NCBI GenBank assembly: GCA_030390025.1
Contig: CM059431.1
Span: forward strand, 137,580,001 to 137,644,000
DNA from: Squalus acanthias
Lineage: Eukaryota
Direction of reading: 5' to 3'
DNA length: 64,000 nucleotides
The stretch's first letter is position 1. Each line of letters begins with the position of its first letter. Both the position numbers and the translations under genes were made by a program. Positions 25,230-35,431 of the stretch are shown in pieces. The notes beneath the pieces were generated by a model. It searched no databases. It had not been told where the DNA came from and was given only the letters and a program-made list of their open reading frames with translations.

Positions 25230-26030
25230 ACCCATGACAGCCTATTTGAGGACTAGAACATTTTCCAGGCGTGTGCTAAAAGAGGCAGCTTTCATTTGTG
25301 CCATGTCATTGCCAGGCAATTAACAGATCCAACAGAAAAAGTCACAACACATCGCTCCATCATTTTGGGGCAACAAAATCACCTACTGTTGCCCCATCAA
25401 CATCCTGGAAGTGCCCATAGACCAGAAGATTAACGGCAGCTACTGTATCAACACTGCAGATGAACGGCAGAGACTGGGTTCTCCTGGATAAGTGTCTCTC
25501 TTCCTGATCTCTGAAAACCTATTCACTCGGCCTCCAGTTAGGAATGTGATGGAATAATCACCACTTGTATCAAATGGATACACCCATAACACCACTCATA
25601 AAGCTCGGCGACATCCAGGACAAAACATTCTGCGTGATTCTAAGTCCTTAATATCCACCCCGTCCACCAACAGTGAACTATTGCTGCAGTGTGTATTATC
25701 CACAGCAAATCACCAAGCATAACTTGACATCACCGCTCAGACCAGTTCTCTCCATCACTGATAAGGATAAGAGCAGAAGTGTCTTGAAATACCCGCTGCT
25801 CCAATGTCCCCTCCAAGTCACGGACCATCCTGACTTGGACACATATCACGGTTCCTTCATTGTTGGTGAATCAAAATCCTGCGATTGTATTGTTATCACA
25901 ATCCTAGTAACATCATCACCACAAGGATTGCAGCGGTTTGAAAAGGCCAACCAGGACCTACTCGAGGCAGCTAAAGACGAGAGATCAAAACCAACGGGCC
26001 GAATGAGAAATAATGGATTTCTTTAAATAT
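25230..26030 (+). mobile_element. Old non-LTR retrotransposon (CR1/L2 group) 3' fragment
   Basis: gacatccaggacaaa and ggattgcagcggtttgaaaagg match the tail family also seen at 7549-7677. Confidence 0.6.
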
Positions 26031-26569
26031 TGAGATATGTGAGCAGAAATAAATGACTATTGAAGAGAAACATGAGGCGGCTGCTAGCCTAGTATTGTAG
26101 GACCCGTTTTCCCAATCGGTAACTGCATTCGGTGAAGTTAATAGGAGAGGGTCTCTGTTCTTTATGGGGGATTATGCGCACACTTAGTGTGATGCTGAAG
26201 TACTTTGAATAGATTTGATGTGTTCTTTGTGGTGAATGGGGAATCAGACATGAAACAGGATGGAGAGGATAGCAGGGAAGGTAATCAGATATAGAGGAGA
26301 TGGAAAGGGAAGGACAGGGAGCATCAGATATAGAGCCAGAGGGCGAACGGATGCAGGAACGGAAACAGGAACCGTGCAGGAGAAAAGGAACGTAAAGGGG
26401 ATAATTAGGATTATAGCAGGTGGGGGAGGGAAGGAAACATCAGGGAAAGAACAGGTGGGGAACCAGAGATGAAGCACCGGAAGGAGCGGCACGGAGAAGG
26501 AGGAAGGGGAATCAGACACAGAGGAGTCGGGAGATATATTAGAAAGTATTATTATTTATGTTAAATGCA

Positions 26570-27930
26570 AATTATAATTATGAAATTAATTTAATTTTTG
26601 AGTTTCCCAGTCTCACAATGAGTTAAATCCACTGCCAGATGTATTTTTAAACATGAAATTAAAATGGAAGTTTACAGCACCACCAATAAAAATTAACTGG
26701 CCAATGATACAGAGGGTTCGCTTGTTTACTGCACACATTTGCTGATGCAGTTCCAGTCAGCGAAACTCGGAGCCTGATACTCATGTGTGTGACCAACTTG
26801 ATCAATGCCCAGACTGTTACTCATTAACTGGAGACTTTCTCCCGGATTTTATAATCATTGCTAATAAATAACCGTCAATGGAGAGTAACTTGCGACTGGT
26901 CTTGTATCGGGAATTATAGAAATCCATGTCAATCGAGATCAGGTTAACATTGTAAAAAGCCTGATACCGAGATTAATAGAGCCGGGATCAGAATTAATTA
27001 CATTTACACAGAGTTAGAATCGGGTCAAAGAAACAGCGAATGCTTGAATGAGAAGGTAATTTCAAAACATTAACGTGTTAACTCAGGGAGCTCACCCTGC
27101 CCTTCCCTCTGGTGTTTGATCCCAATAAATTAACAGCGATCTTTGTCCCTTGCTATCTCTACTCTTTTATAATCTTACAATACAGAGATTTTATGCTGAG
27201 CAATGCAATCGACTTGAGGACACGGAACACTATCCTGTTACAGAACTCGGTTTCCCTGCGGGGTCATTTGAACCGCAGAAGGAAGATGTGGGGGGAATTT
27301 AGTCATTGTTATCACACAGAGTCCATGACTTTGGGTAAAAGATCAGTAATTCATCAGAACAATTGAATTCGAATAGAACCGTCTGCGATTCAGATCGAGC
27401 CCTGAACCAGAGAACAGCGAAGAGGGATTGTACTGATGAAGCTGAAGGTCCTGTTTATAATTGTGACGTGTAACTGTTCTTTACCCAGGGTGTGTTCATT
27501 AACCTGAAGAACACACAACGCTAACTTACCCAGACTCTCTGGAACCAGAATGAGGACCCGTAGCACAAGGTAAGGACCCGGAATATACTGAGCACCAGTA
27601 TAGGGTTTAAATATACCGGAGTGGACTCACTTCCGATTGTTAGTGTCATTGTTCAATGGTATTGAAAAAAGTTGTAGTATCCATAATGCATCAGGCAAGA
27701 AAAGAATGTTTTTTCAGAAATTAACTTACTGAAAGCAGCGCCATTTAACAGAATAAAACTTCAGAATGTAAACCTCCACGCTAAAATTCTACTGCTGTAA
27801 ATCGTATTTATATATATTTCTCATTTATGACACGGTTAAGGTCAGAAAGGTAGATGTCGAGACTTTTCAACATAACTCCAAACTTTCACCGAAATCCAAA
27901 GTTTCCAGCCACGAGAGGTTTACCTTGACT
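26570..27930 (+). repeat. Non-coding cassette copy 3 (81-nt exon 27489-27569)
   Basis: Colinear with copies 1 and 2; tacccAG acceptor, aag|GTAAGG donor; closest copy to the NLR ATG exon. Confidence 0.8.
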
Positions 27931-28029
27931 TTATGGATAAGACACAGCTCATCATTGTGCTATATTGTCCAGTAGATGCCAGTGTCAAATGGTCGGGAAT
28001 CGGCTGCCCCTATTTTAACTCGTACATGT

Positions 28030-28420
28030 CACGTTTACGCAGTGCTCGCTGACCTACACTGGCTTCCTGTTCGGCAAAGCCTCGATTTCAAAATGCACAT
28101 CCGTCTGTTTAATTCCTAATGTGACCTTCCCCCTCCCAATCTCTGTAACCTCCTCCAGCCCTTCAATCCTCCGAAGTCGCTGCGCTCCTACAATTTTGTC
28201 ACATCCCCGAATTTCAGCAATGGCGGTCGTAGCTTCAGATGCCTGACTCCTAAGCTATGAAATTCACTCCCTGCCTCTCTACCTCTCTCCAACCTGAAGA
28301 CGCTCCTTAAAACCTACATACTTTGCCAATATTTTATGAAATTTAGTTTCATAACTATACCTGTGTAGAGGATTAGAGTGTTTTACCGCGATAAAGGCTC
28401 TACATAAATGCAAGTAGTTC
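28030..28420 (+). mobile_element. L2 LINE 3' fragment
   Basis: VLADLHWLPVRQSLDFK (L2 RT C-terminal LHWLP motif) and ...ctacataaatgcaagt tail. Confidence 0.75.
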
Positions 28421-28505
28421 TTTTGAAACACGTGTCAATGAGGAAAAGATAGAAATTCCAACTAATGAGCAGTAAATCTAAGGAAAGGATCAGTCTGTAA
28501 GTTGT

Positions 28506-29126
28506 AATAACAACAGAAAACGCTGGAAAAACTCAGCAGGCCAGGCAGCATCCGTGGAGAGAGAAAGAGAGTTGACGTTTCAGGTCGATGACCTTTCATC
28601 AGAACTGTGAAGAGCCGGAAATCAAATAGATTTAAGGCCAGAGTAAAGCTGGGAAAAGGGGGAGGGGATAAAAGAACAAAGGGGGAGATGAAGAGACATT
28701 AAGAGACATTAAGAGATATGCAAGGCTAGAGGTGGTGTAAATGTGACAGATTAAGGCTGAAAGAAGTGTGAAATCCACTGGCAGAATGAAGGACAGCTGC
28801 CAGCTTCTAGGAGGAAAAAAAAGGTGGGGGAGGACAAATAAAAGGGTGGAAAAAATAAAATATAAATGTGATTGGAGCTGAGGTTATGATCTAAAATTGT
28901 TGAACTCGATATTGAGTCCAGAGGGCTGTAGCGTGCCAAAACGAAAGATGAGGTGCTGTTCCTCGAGCTTACGCTGCGCTTCCGTGGAACAGTGTAATAG
29001 GCCGAGGACGGTGAGGTCAGAGTGGGAGTGAAGCGGTGAATTAAAGTGACAGGCCACCGGGAGCTCGGGGTCCCCCTTACGGACTGAACGGAGGTGTTCC
29101 GCAAAGCGGTCACCCGATCTGCGTTT
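28506..29126 (-). mobile_element. Penelope-like element, 5'-truncated (GIY-YIG C-terminus + pLTR with hammerhead)
   Basis: Minus frame TKRRSGDRFAEHLRSVRKGDPELPVACHFNS...RKLEEQHLIFRL; flanking direct repeat agtctgtaagttgt at 28492-28505 and 29127-29140. Confidence 0.88.
28568..28608 (-). ncRNA. Minimal hammerhead ribozyme motif in PLE pLTR
   Basis: Minus strand CTGATGA-A-AGGTC-ATC-GACCT-GAAA-CGTCAACTC: intact core boxes and a perfect 5-bp stem II. Confidence 0.7.
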
Positions 29127-30090
29127 AGTCTGTAAGTTGTGTTGTGTTTTCAGGTATCAGTCACATTTAAACTTGAAACGCTTTCACACTGAGATCTAAT
29201 TCCTTCTCTTTGTAAATTGAGTGCAAGGTATAGTTGGAAACTGTGCTCTGATCTTATCGCTAATCCCATTCAGTCAGAAATGTCTGGTTATTGGGCAATT
29301 CAATTTTGAGAGAAAAGGAGCAGACGTGAACGTTTCAGTCTTTCAGCGATTGAACTGAAATTTTCAGAGAATGTTCAGTATCTCAGTATTTTAAAGCATT
29401 TCCACCACTGACTCCCTGCACACTGGCCCCTCCGGAAGGGTCATCACTGAACGTCCCCACCCTGACCCCGGCGGTGGTTTATCAGTGACCCCCAACCCAA
29501 CCTGACCAGGCCTGTTTTTTTTATCAATGAGGGCCCAATCCTGAATGGCCGATAGTTTATAATTGTCTACCTCCACACACGCCACACCATCCCGCCCCCC
29601 GCATCCCCCCCCCCCCCCACACACACACACACACTGACCACTCCGGCGATTTATCAATGAGAGTCCCACCCTGGAACGCTGGTAGTTCATCACTGACTCC
29701 GCCCCGCCCTACACACAGCTCAACCCTTACCGCCAGCGGTTCATCAACGATGCTTGTTCCATCGCTCGCTCAGAATATTCGTTACTTTAAGAATGCAGGA
29801 GATGGTGGCTGCACGGTAGGAGTAGATTTTACTAAATGGCGCTGCTGTTGAAGAGGTCCATCCAACGGGAGCCCATACCGGGTGTGGAGCTCGGTGGGCC
29901 CGATTGATTTTACTGTGCTCTAAATATGGGACAAACTTGAAGTGCAAACTCTCTATCACAGAGCTAACAGTTGCTCCACTGAACGGGTAGGGAACTTAAC
30001 ATTCTTTGCATATTAGTAATTCTATCTAACCGTCCTATATCTATTATAATTATTACAGAGCATCAGAATCTGGAAGCATCTATCACCACA

Positions 30091-30154
30091 ATGGCTGAAG
30101 TTCCAAAATCGATGGGAGATGCAACACTTTCCACAATAACAAGACAAGACATAG
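30091..30154 (+). CDS. NLR coding exon 1 (MAEVPKSMGDATLSTITRQDI)
   Basis: Acceptor ttacAG at 30058, acaATGG start, ag|GTAAAA donor, phase 1 matching exon 2. Confidence 0.65.
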
Positions 30155-30360
30155 GTAAAATCAGAAAAATATTCCAAAGATCAATTCTTTGCATAGCAAC
30201 GGTTTACATTTTGGGCACAAACCCGAACCTCGCAGAGGAAATAGAGCAGTCGATAGACTATGTGGAAATAGGTAAGTGTAGAGAAGCACCTCAGGGAACC
30301 GCTGAGTGCTGGAACTGGGAAGACAGACCTGGTGCTGACAAGTGTAAAGTGGATAGAGAC

Positions 30361-30546
30361 AGGGCGATTTTAACCAAACTCACCGACAGCGGAACCCACG
30401 GGATCTGGTTGAACTCCAGTTTTACACCCCGCAAATTATTACTCTGCATTGACGTCAACGGAGAGTAAAATCTGGCTAAGCGTAAAACCAGCGGTCCACC
30501 AGATCCCGACAGTTTCCCGTCGGGCGGGATTGGTTTAAATTGCCTC
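30361..30546. mobile_element. Foldback/MITE-like palindrome
   Basis: ~90-bp imperfect arms centred on TTGACGTCAA (30449-30458); ends gggcgattttaacc / ggtttaaattgcc. Confidence 0.75.
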
Positions 30547-30624
30547 AGTAGTACTGATGAGTCAGAAGACCGTATTCCTGTGTAAATCTGCGGCCCTGGG
30601 AGCAGGACTTTTCTACGATGAGCA

Positions 30625-31153
30625 TCATGGATATCAGTGTTGGCCAGAGGTTGAAGTTGTTTATTGCCGGGTAGAGGGATTGGCAGAGACCCTTCTATGG
30701 GACTGTAAATATAGGGGTTGGGTTTGCAGTTAGGGGAATGAGTTGATCAGCGAAGCTGCGGGCTAATCAACTGCTGGTGATGAGCTATTGGCTGTGGAGG
30801 ACCATAGGAATAGGAAAGCAATAGTGGTGGCTATTCTATAGTTTGGGGAGTAGACGACCTCTTTGGCAGTCCCGAGCCAGAGCACTGGATGGCAATTTGC
30901 CTCGCTGATACCAGAACGAAGAAAATCGTAGGACAGGAGGAACCATTTCTGGGTGGAGTTAGCGAGCAGAAAGAAGATGTGGTCGGACGCAATAGCTCTT
31001 CACAAACAGTTGATGAACCCGCACCTCAGCTGATCAGCTCCTTCCCCCAACTCCATCCCCTCCCCTATATTAATAGTCACAACACGATATCTACCAATCC
31101 TTCCGCCCAGCAACAAAGAACTTCCAACCTCTGACCGACACTGATATCCATGA
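30625..31153. repeat. ~165-bp inverted repeat pair enclosing a CR1 ORF1 esterase-like fragment
   Basis: 30625-30790 is the reverse complement of 30990-31153 (tcatggatatcagtgt...gagctattg); spacer begins RKAIVV-like and resembles the CR1 ORF1 SGNH start. Confidence 0.7.
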
Positions 31154-31213
31154 CACGTCACAGGGCAGTCTCATTACAGGCGCAGTCGCTACAATGAACC
31201 ATACGACAGATAT

Positions 31214-33210
31214 ACACTGCCCTCTGTGGCAATGAGTTCCACAGGTTCACCACCCTCTGAGTGAAGAAATTCCCCCTCATTTCTGTCCTAAATGGTTTAG
31301 CCCTTATCCTTAAATTATGTCCTCTAGTTCTGTTCTCACCCGCCAAGGGAAACATTCCTTCTGCATCTAGTCTGTCTAGACCTGTCAGAATTTTATACAC
31401 TTCTATGAGGTCCCCTCTCAATCTTCTAAACTCCAGTGTGTACATCCCTAAACTACATAGTCTCTCCTCATAGGTCAATCCCGCCATTCCTGGTATCAGC
31501 CTGGTGAATCGCCGCTGCACCCCCTCCATGGCAAGAACATCTTTCCTCAGATGAGGCGACCAAAACTGTACACAGTACTCGAGGTGTGGTCTCACCAGTG
31601 CCCTGTACAGCTGCAGCAAGGTATCCCTGTTCCTGTATTCCAACCCTTTTGCTATGAAGGCCAGCATACCGTTTGCCTTCTTGATCGCCTGTTGCACCTG
31701 CATGCTCGCCTTCAGTGACTGGTGTACAAGAACACCCAGGTCTCTCTGTACTTCCCCCTCTCCCAATTTATTGCCATTTAAATAATAATTTGCCCTCCCG
31801 TTCCTGCACCCAAGGTGGATAACTTCGCACTTGTCCACATTATAGTGCATCTGCCATTTATCCGCCCAATCACCCAGTCTGTCCAAATCGCTCTGGAGCT
31901 TCCTGGTCTCCTCCTCTGAGCCCACCCCCGCTCCTAGTTTAGTGTCGTCTGCAAATTTGGAAATGCTGCATCCGACTCCCTGATCCAGGTCATTAATGTA
32001 AATTGTGAACAGCTGGGGACCCAGGACAGATCCCTGTGGTACCCCACTTGTTACTGCCTGCCATTCAGAAAATGAGCCGTTTATTCCAACTCTCTGTTTT
32101 CTATCTGACAGCCAGTTCTCTATCCACGTCAATACTTTCCCCTTTATCCCATGAGCTTCAATTTTCCCTGCTAATCTTTTATGTGGGACCTTATCGAAGG
32201 CCTTTTGGAAGTCCAGGTACACCACATCTACTGGCTCTCCCCCATCTATTTTACCAGTTACTCCCTCAAAAAATTCCAATAGATTAGTCAAGCACGATTT
32301 ACCCTTTGTAAATCCATGTTGACTCTGTCCTATCCTGTCCCCATTTGCTAAGTGCTCCGCTATTTCATCCTTAATGATGGACTCCAGCATTTTGCCCACA
32401 ACTGATGTAAGGCTTACAGGTCTGTAATTACCTGCTTTTTCCCTACCCCCCTTTTTGAATAGTGGGGTAACGTTAGCTACCCTCCAATCCATGGGCACTG
32501 TTCCCGAGTCTAATGAATTCTGAAAAATCATACTTAGTGCATGCGCTATCTCTAGGGCCACCTCCTTCAGCACCCTAGGATGCATGTTATCAGGCCCTGG
32601 GGATTTGTCCGCCTTCAATCCCTTTAGCTTCCTTAACACCATATCCTTAGAGATATTGACTTGCGTCAGTTCCTCCTTTGCAAATGTCCCTATTTTTCCC
32701 GATATCCCAGGGAGGTTTTTTGTGTCTTCCTTCGTAAAGACTGACCCAAAGTATGCATTTAGTTGGTCTGCCATTTCTTTATTTCCCGTTATATATTCCC
32801 CCGTATCTGACTGCAATGGGCCAACTTTGGTTTTCACCAGTCTTTTCCTCTTGATATACTTATAAAAGCTTTTGGAGTTAGTTTTTATATTTTCCGCCAG
32901 CTTGCTTTCGTAAGCTATTTTGCCCCTCTTGATTAAGCCCTTTGTCCTCCTTTGCCCTATCTTAAACTGTTCCCAATCTTCCGCTCTGGTGCTTTTTTTG
33001 GCTATTTTATACGCCCTATCTTTGGATTTTATGCTGTCTCTAATTTCCCCTGTTATCCACGGTTGAGTCACCTTTTTAGATTTCCTTTTATGCCAGATTG
33101 GTATAAACACTTTTTGCAATTTTGTCATTCTATCTTTAAATGCTTGCCATTGTTTATCTACCTCCAGTCCTCCCAGGAACGTTGTCCAATCATACCTACT
33201 CAGTTCCCGT
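31214..33210 (-). mobile_element. Young CR1 LINE ORF2 RT fragment, uninterrupted frame, truncated at both ends
   Basis: 703-aa ORF with [31 protein letters not shown]; lacks the 3'UTR and tail. Confidence 0.95.
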
Positions 33211-33332
33211 CTAAGTCGCAAAGTCAAATGCAGTGATTTATTAAAGAGACAGAACAGCCCTAATGTCACCAGTGTGTTGACAGTAAGTTAATCTTGCGTA
33301 TTCTGCCCGCCTACGAGGTGCTCCCCGAGTTA

Positions 33333-33847
33333 GAACATAAGATAATAAGAAATAGGAGCAGGAGTAGACCATTCGGCCCTTCGAGCCTGCTCCGCCATTC
33401 AATGAGAACATGGCTGATCTTCTGCCTCAATTCCATTCACTTGCCCTATCGCCATATCCCTTGATGCCCTTACTAGCCAGACATCTATCGAATTCTGTTT
33501 TGAATATACCCAATGATTGAGCCTCCAAAGCCCTCTGGGCTCGAGCATTACAAAAAGATTGACCACCCTCTGTGTGAAGATATTTCTTCTCCTCTCAGAT
33601 CCTGAATGGCCTACCCTTTATCTTGAGGCTGTGGCACCTGCTTCTAGACTCCCCAGCCAAGGGAAAGATTCTCCCAGCATCCATCCTATCAAGCCCTGTA
33701 ATAATTTTGTATGCTTCAATGAGATCCCCTCTCATTCTTCTAAATTCAAAAGCATACAGGCCCAGTTTACTCAATCTCTTCTCATACGACAGTCCCGCTA
33801 TCCCAGGAATCAATCTCGTGAACCTTCGTTGCACTCCCTCTATGGCA
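33333..33847 (-). mobile_element. CR1 3' fragment with tail
   Basis: AIEGVQRRFTRLIPG...; (cataagaa)-type tail at ~33335. Confidence 0.88.
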
Positions 33848-34536
33848 GTTGCCTGTAGATTGCAGAGTGCTGATGACTTGTGGCACAATGCCACTCAAGC
33901 TGGAAGCAGTCACCTCTGTACTCTCAGGCAGGGTAGAGCAGCTCTTAGGGTAGGATTGCCAATCCCTCATACAATTGCAGGTGCACCAGTAGCATGTTTT
34001 CCTTGCAGGCTGACCCCTCAAGCTCTGTTCAGCCGCGCTAGGAGTCGAGAGTGCCCAATTGTGAGCCAACGATCGGGATGACATTTCCACATTTCTGCTC
34101 CTGTTATCTTCAGCTCTGTGGTTCAACGTGTGCAGAGTCATGTAACTCACAATCTGTTCCACCCGGGGAAACGATTTATCTACTAGTGCTTGAGAGCGAA
34201 GGAACCAGTACTGCTTCATCCTGTGCATCATGTGGGGCCCAGGTCTTCAGAGGGACGTACACAAATCGGGAGAGGGACATGACACGGAAAGGCTAGTCAG
34301 TTGCAGCACTCTTTATACTACACGTGGGCAGTCTGAACATGGATGGAAATGAGGCCCGGGCATCGAATTGGTTCGGGGCTAAGAATGATGTATTTTATAT
34401 CTCGTTAATCTGAACTGGTAAAAACGAACTTAAGCTGTTTATCTTCTAATGGAAAAGCAAAAGGAAACGGATCCATTCCGCTGCAATTCCTAAAACAGTA
34501 ATCTCAGGAATTAAACAATTCGTTTTGTGTTCACAG

Positions 34537-34703
34537 ATCCGAGCTCTACAATCACTGACCTCTTGACAAAGTGCAACGATTACCAGCTGTTCCAATTGAC
34601 GAAATTCTACTGGGACAGACTAGAACAGGCGATTGAAGAAGGGGTGGACGGAGTCAGCTCGTTGTTAACATACGAGTGGCATTTCAATGGACAAGAACAT
34701 CGG
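34537..34703 (+). CDS. NLR coding exon 2 (N-half of CARD-like domain)
   Basis: ttcacAG acceptor, DPSSTITDLLTKCNDYQLFQLTKFYWDRLEQAIEEGV...QEHR, cgg|GTGAGT donor. Confidence 0.85.
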
Positions 34704-35431
34704 GTGAGTGGGAGGGACACAGAATGCGTGCAGGTTAATTCAATATGACAAAAATGACAGGACATCAGATCGTAGAATCGTCCAGAACAGGCAAAGTTAA
34801 ACAGACAGAGCGAAAAACAGAAAATGTTGTTTGAAATAACAATGCAAAATTGAGATTTCCCAGCAGACCTGTGAGTGTCTCTACCGTGAGTCAGAGGGTA
34901 ACGTATCCGATATAACCTTTAGTGTGAACTGAAAACTAACTGGAGAAATAACTTAATGGGAAAGGGACAAGAACCAGAGACGGGAAAGACGGACAGGATT
35001 CAGAGGGAAGGTAACGAGTTGAGCAATCTGCAAATTACTGTGTTGCAATTCAGGGAACTGAGAGATTAGCCAGAATTTGAAACCATCGGCTCCTCGTGAA
35101 CGCAGAGGCGGCGAGTCTTGGATCCACTTTCAACAGGTTGAAGTGGTTGTTAGAAAATGAAACCAACATAAACAAAGCCATTATAGGGAATATTCGCAGA
35201 TAATGGGTCCTATATGATGGCATTAAAAAGTTAAAGTTGCTAGAAATTTTTTTTTTCCCCAAACAAATTAAATCAGAGAAAAGTTTATGTAAATTATCGC
35301 TTAAATTAATAACTAATACAGACATTTTAACTACAAAGGATACCATTTTTACCATGATATATTTCATTCACGATGACGTTACAAGCTCAAAGCTTCAGGA
35401 ATATAGTGCAGACCACTAATAATTATTTGCT

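Noticed and set aside
29160..29380. ISRE-like motifs upstream of the NLR ATG exon
   Set aside because: GAAA/TTTC half-sites do not have canonical GAAANNGAAA spacing; expected by chance in AT-rich DNA
30091..30468. 125-aa single-exon ORF
   Set aside because: Only the first 64 nt fit the spliced NLR model; the remainder is intron and foldback element
30553..30580. Possible hammerhead CTGATGA-GTC-AGAA-GAC
   Set aside because: The required GAAA box after stem II is absent (CGTA follows)
31158..33269. 703-aa ORF as an autonomous or domesticated RT gene
   Set aside because: Lacks APE, ORF1 and a native start; both ORF ends run into flanking DNA; a near-identical copy nearby indicates youth rather than domestication
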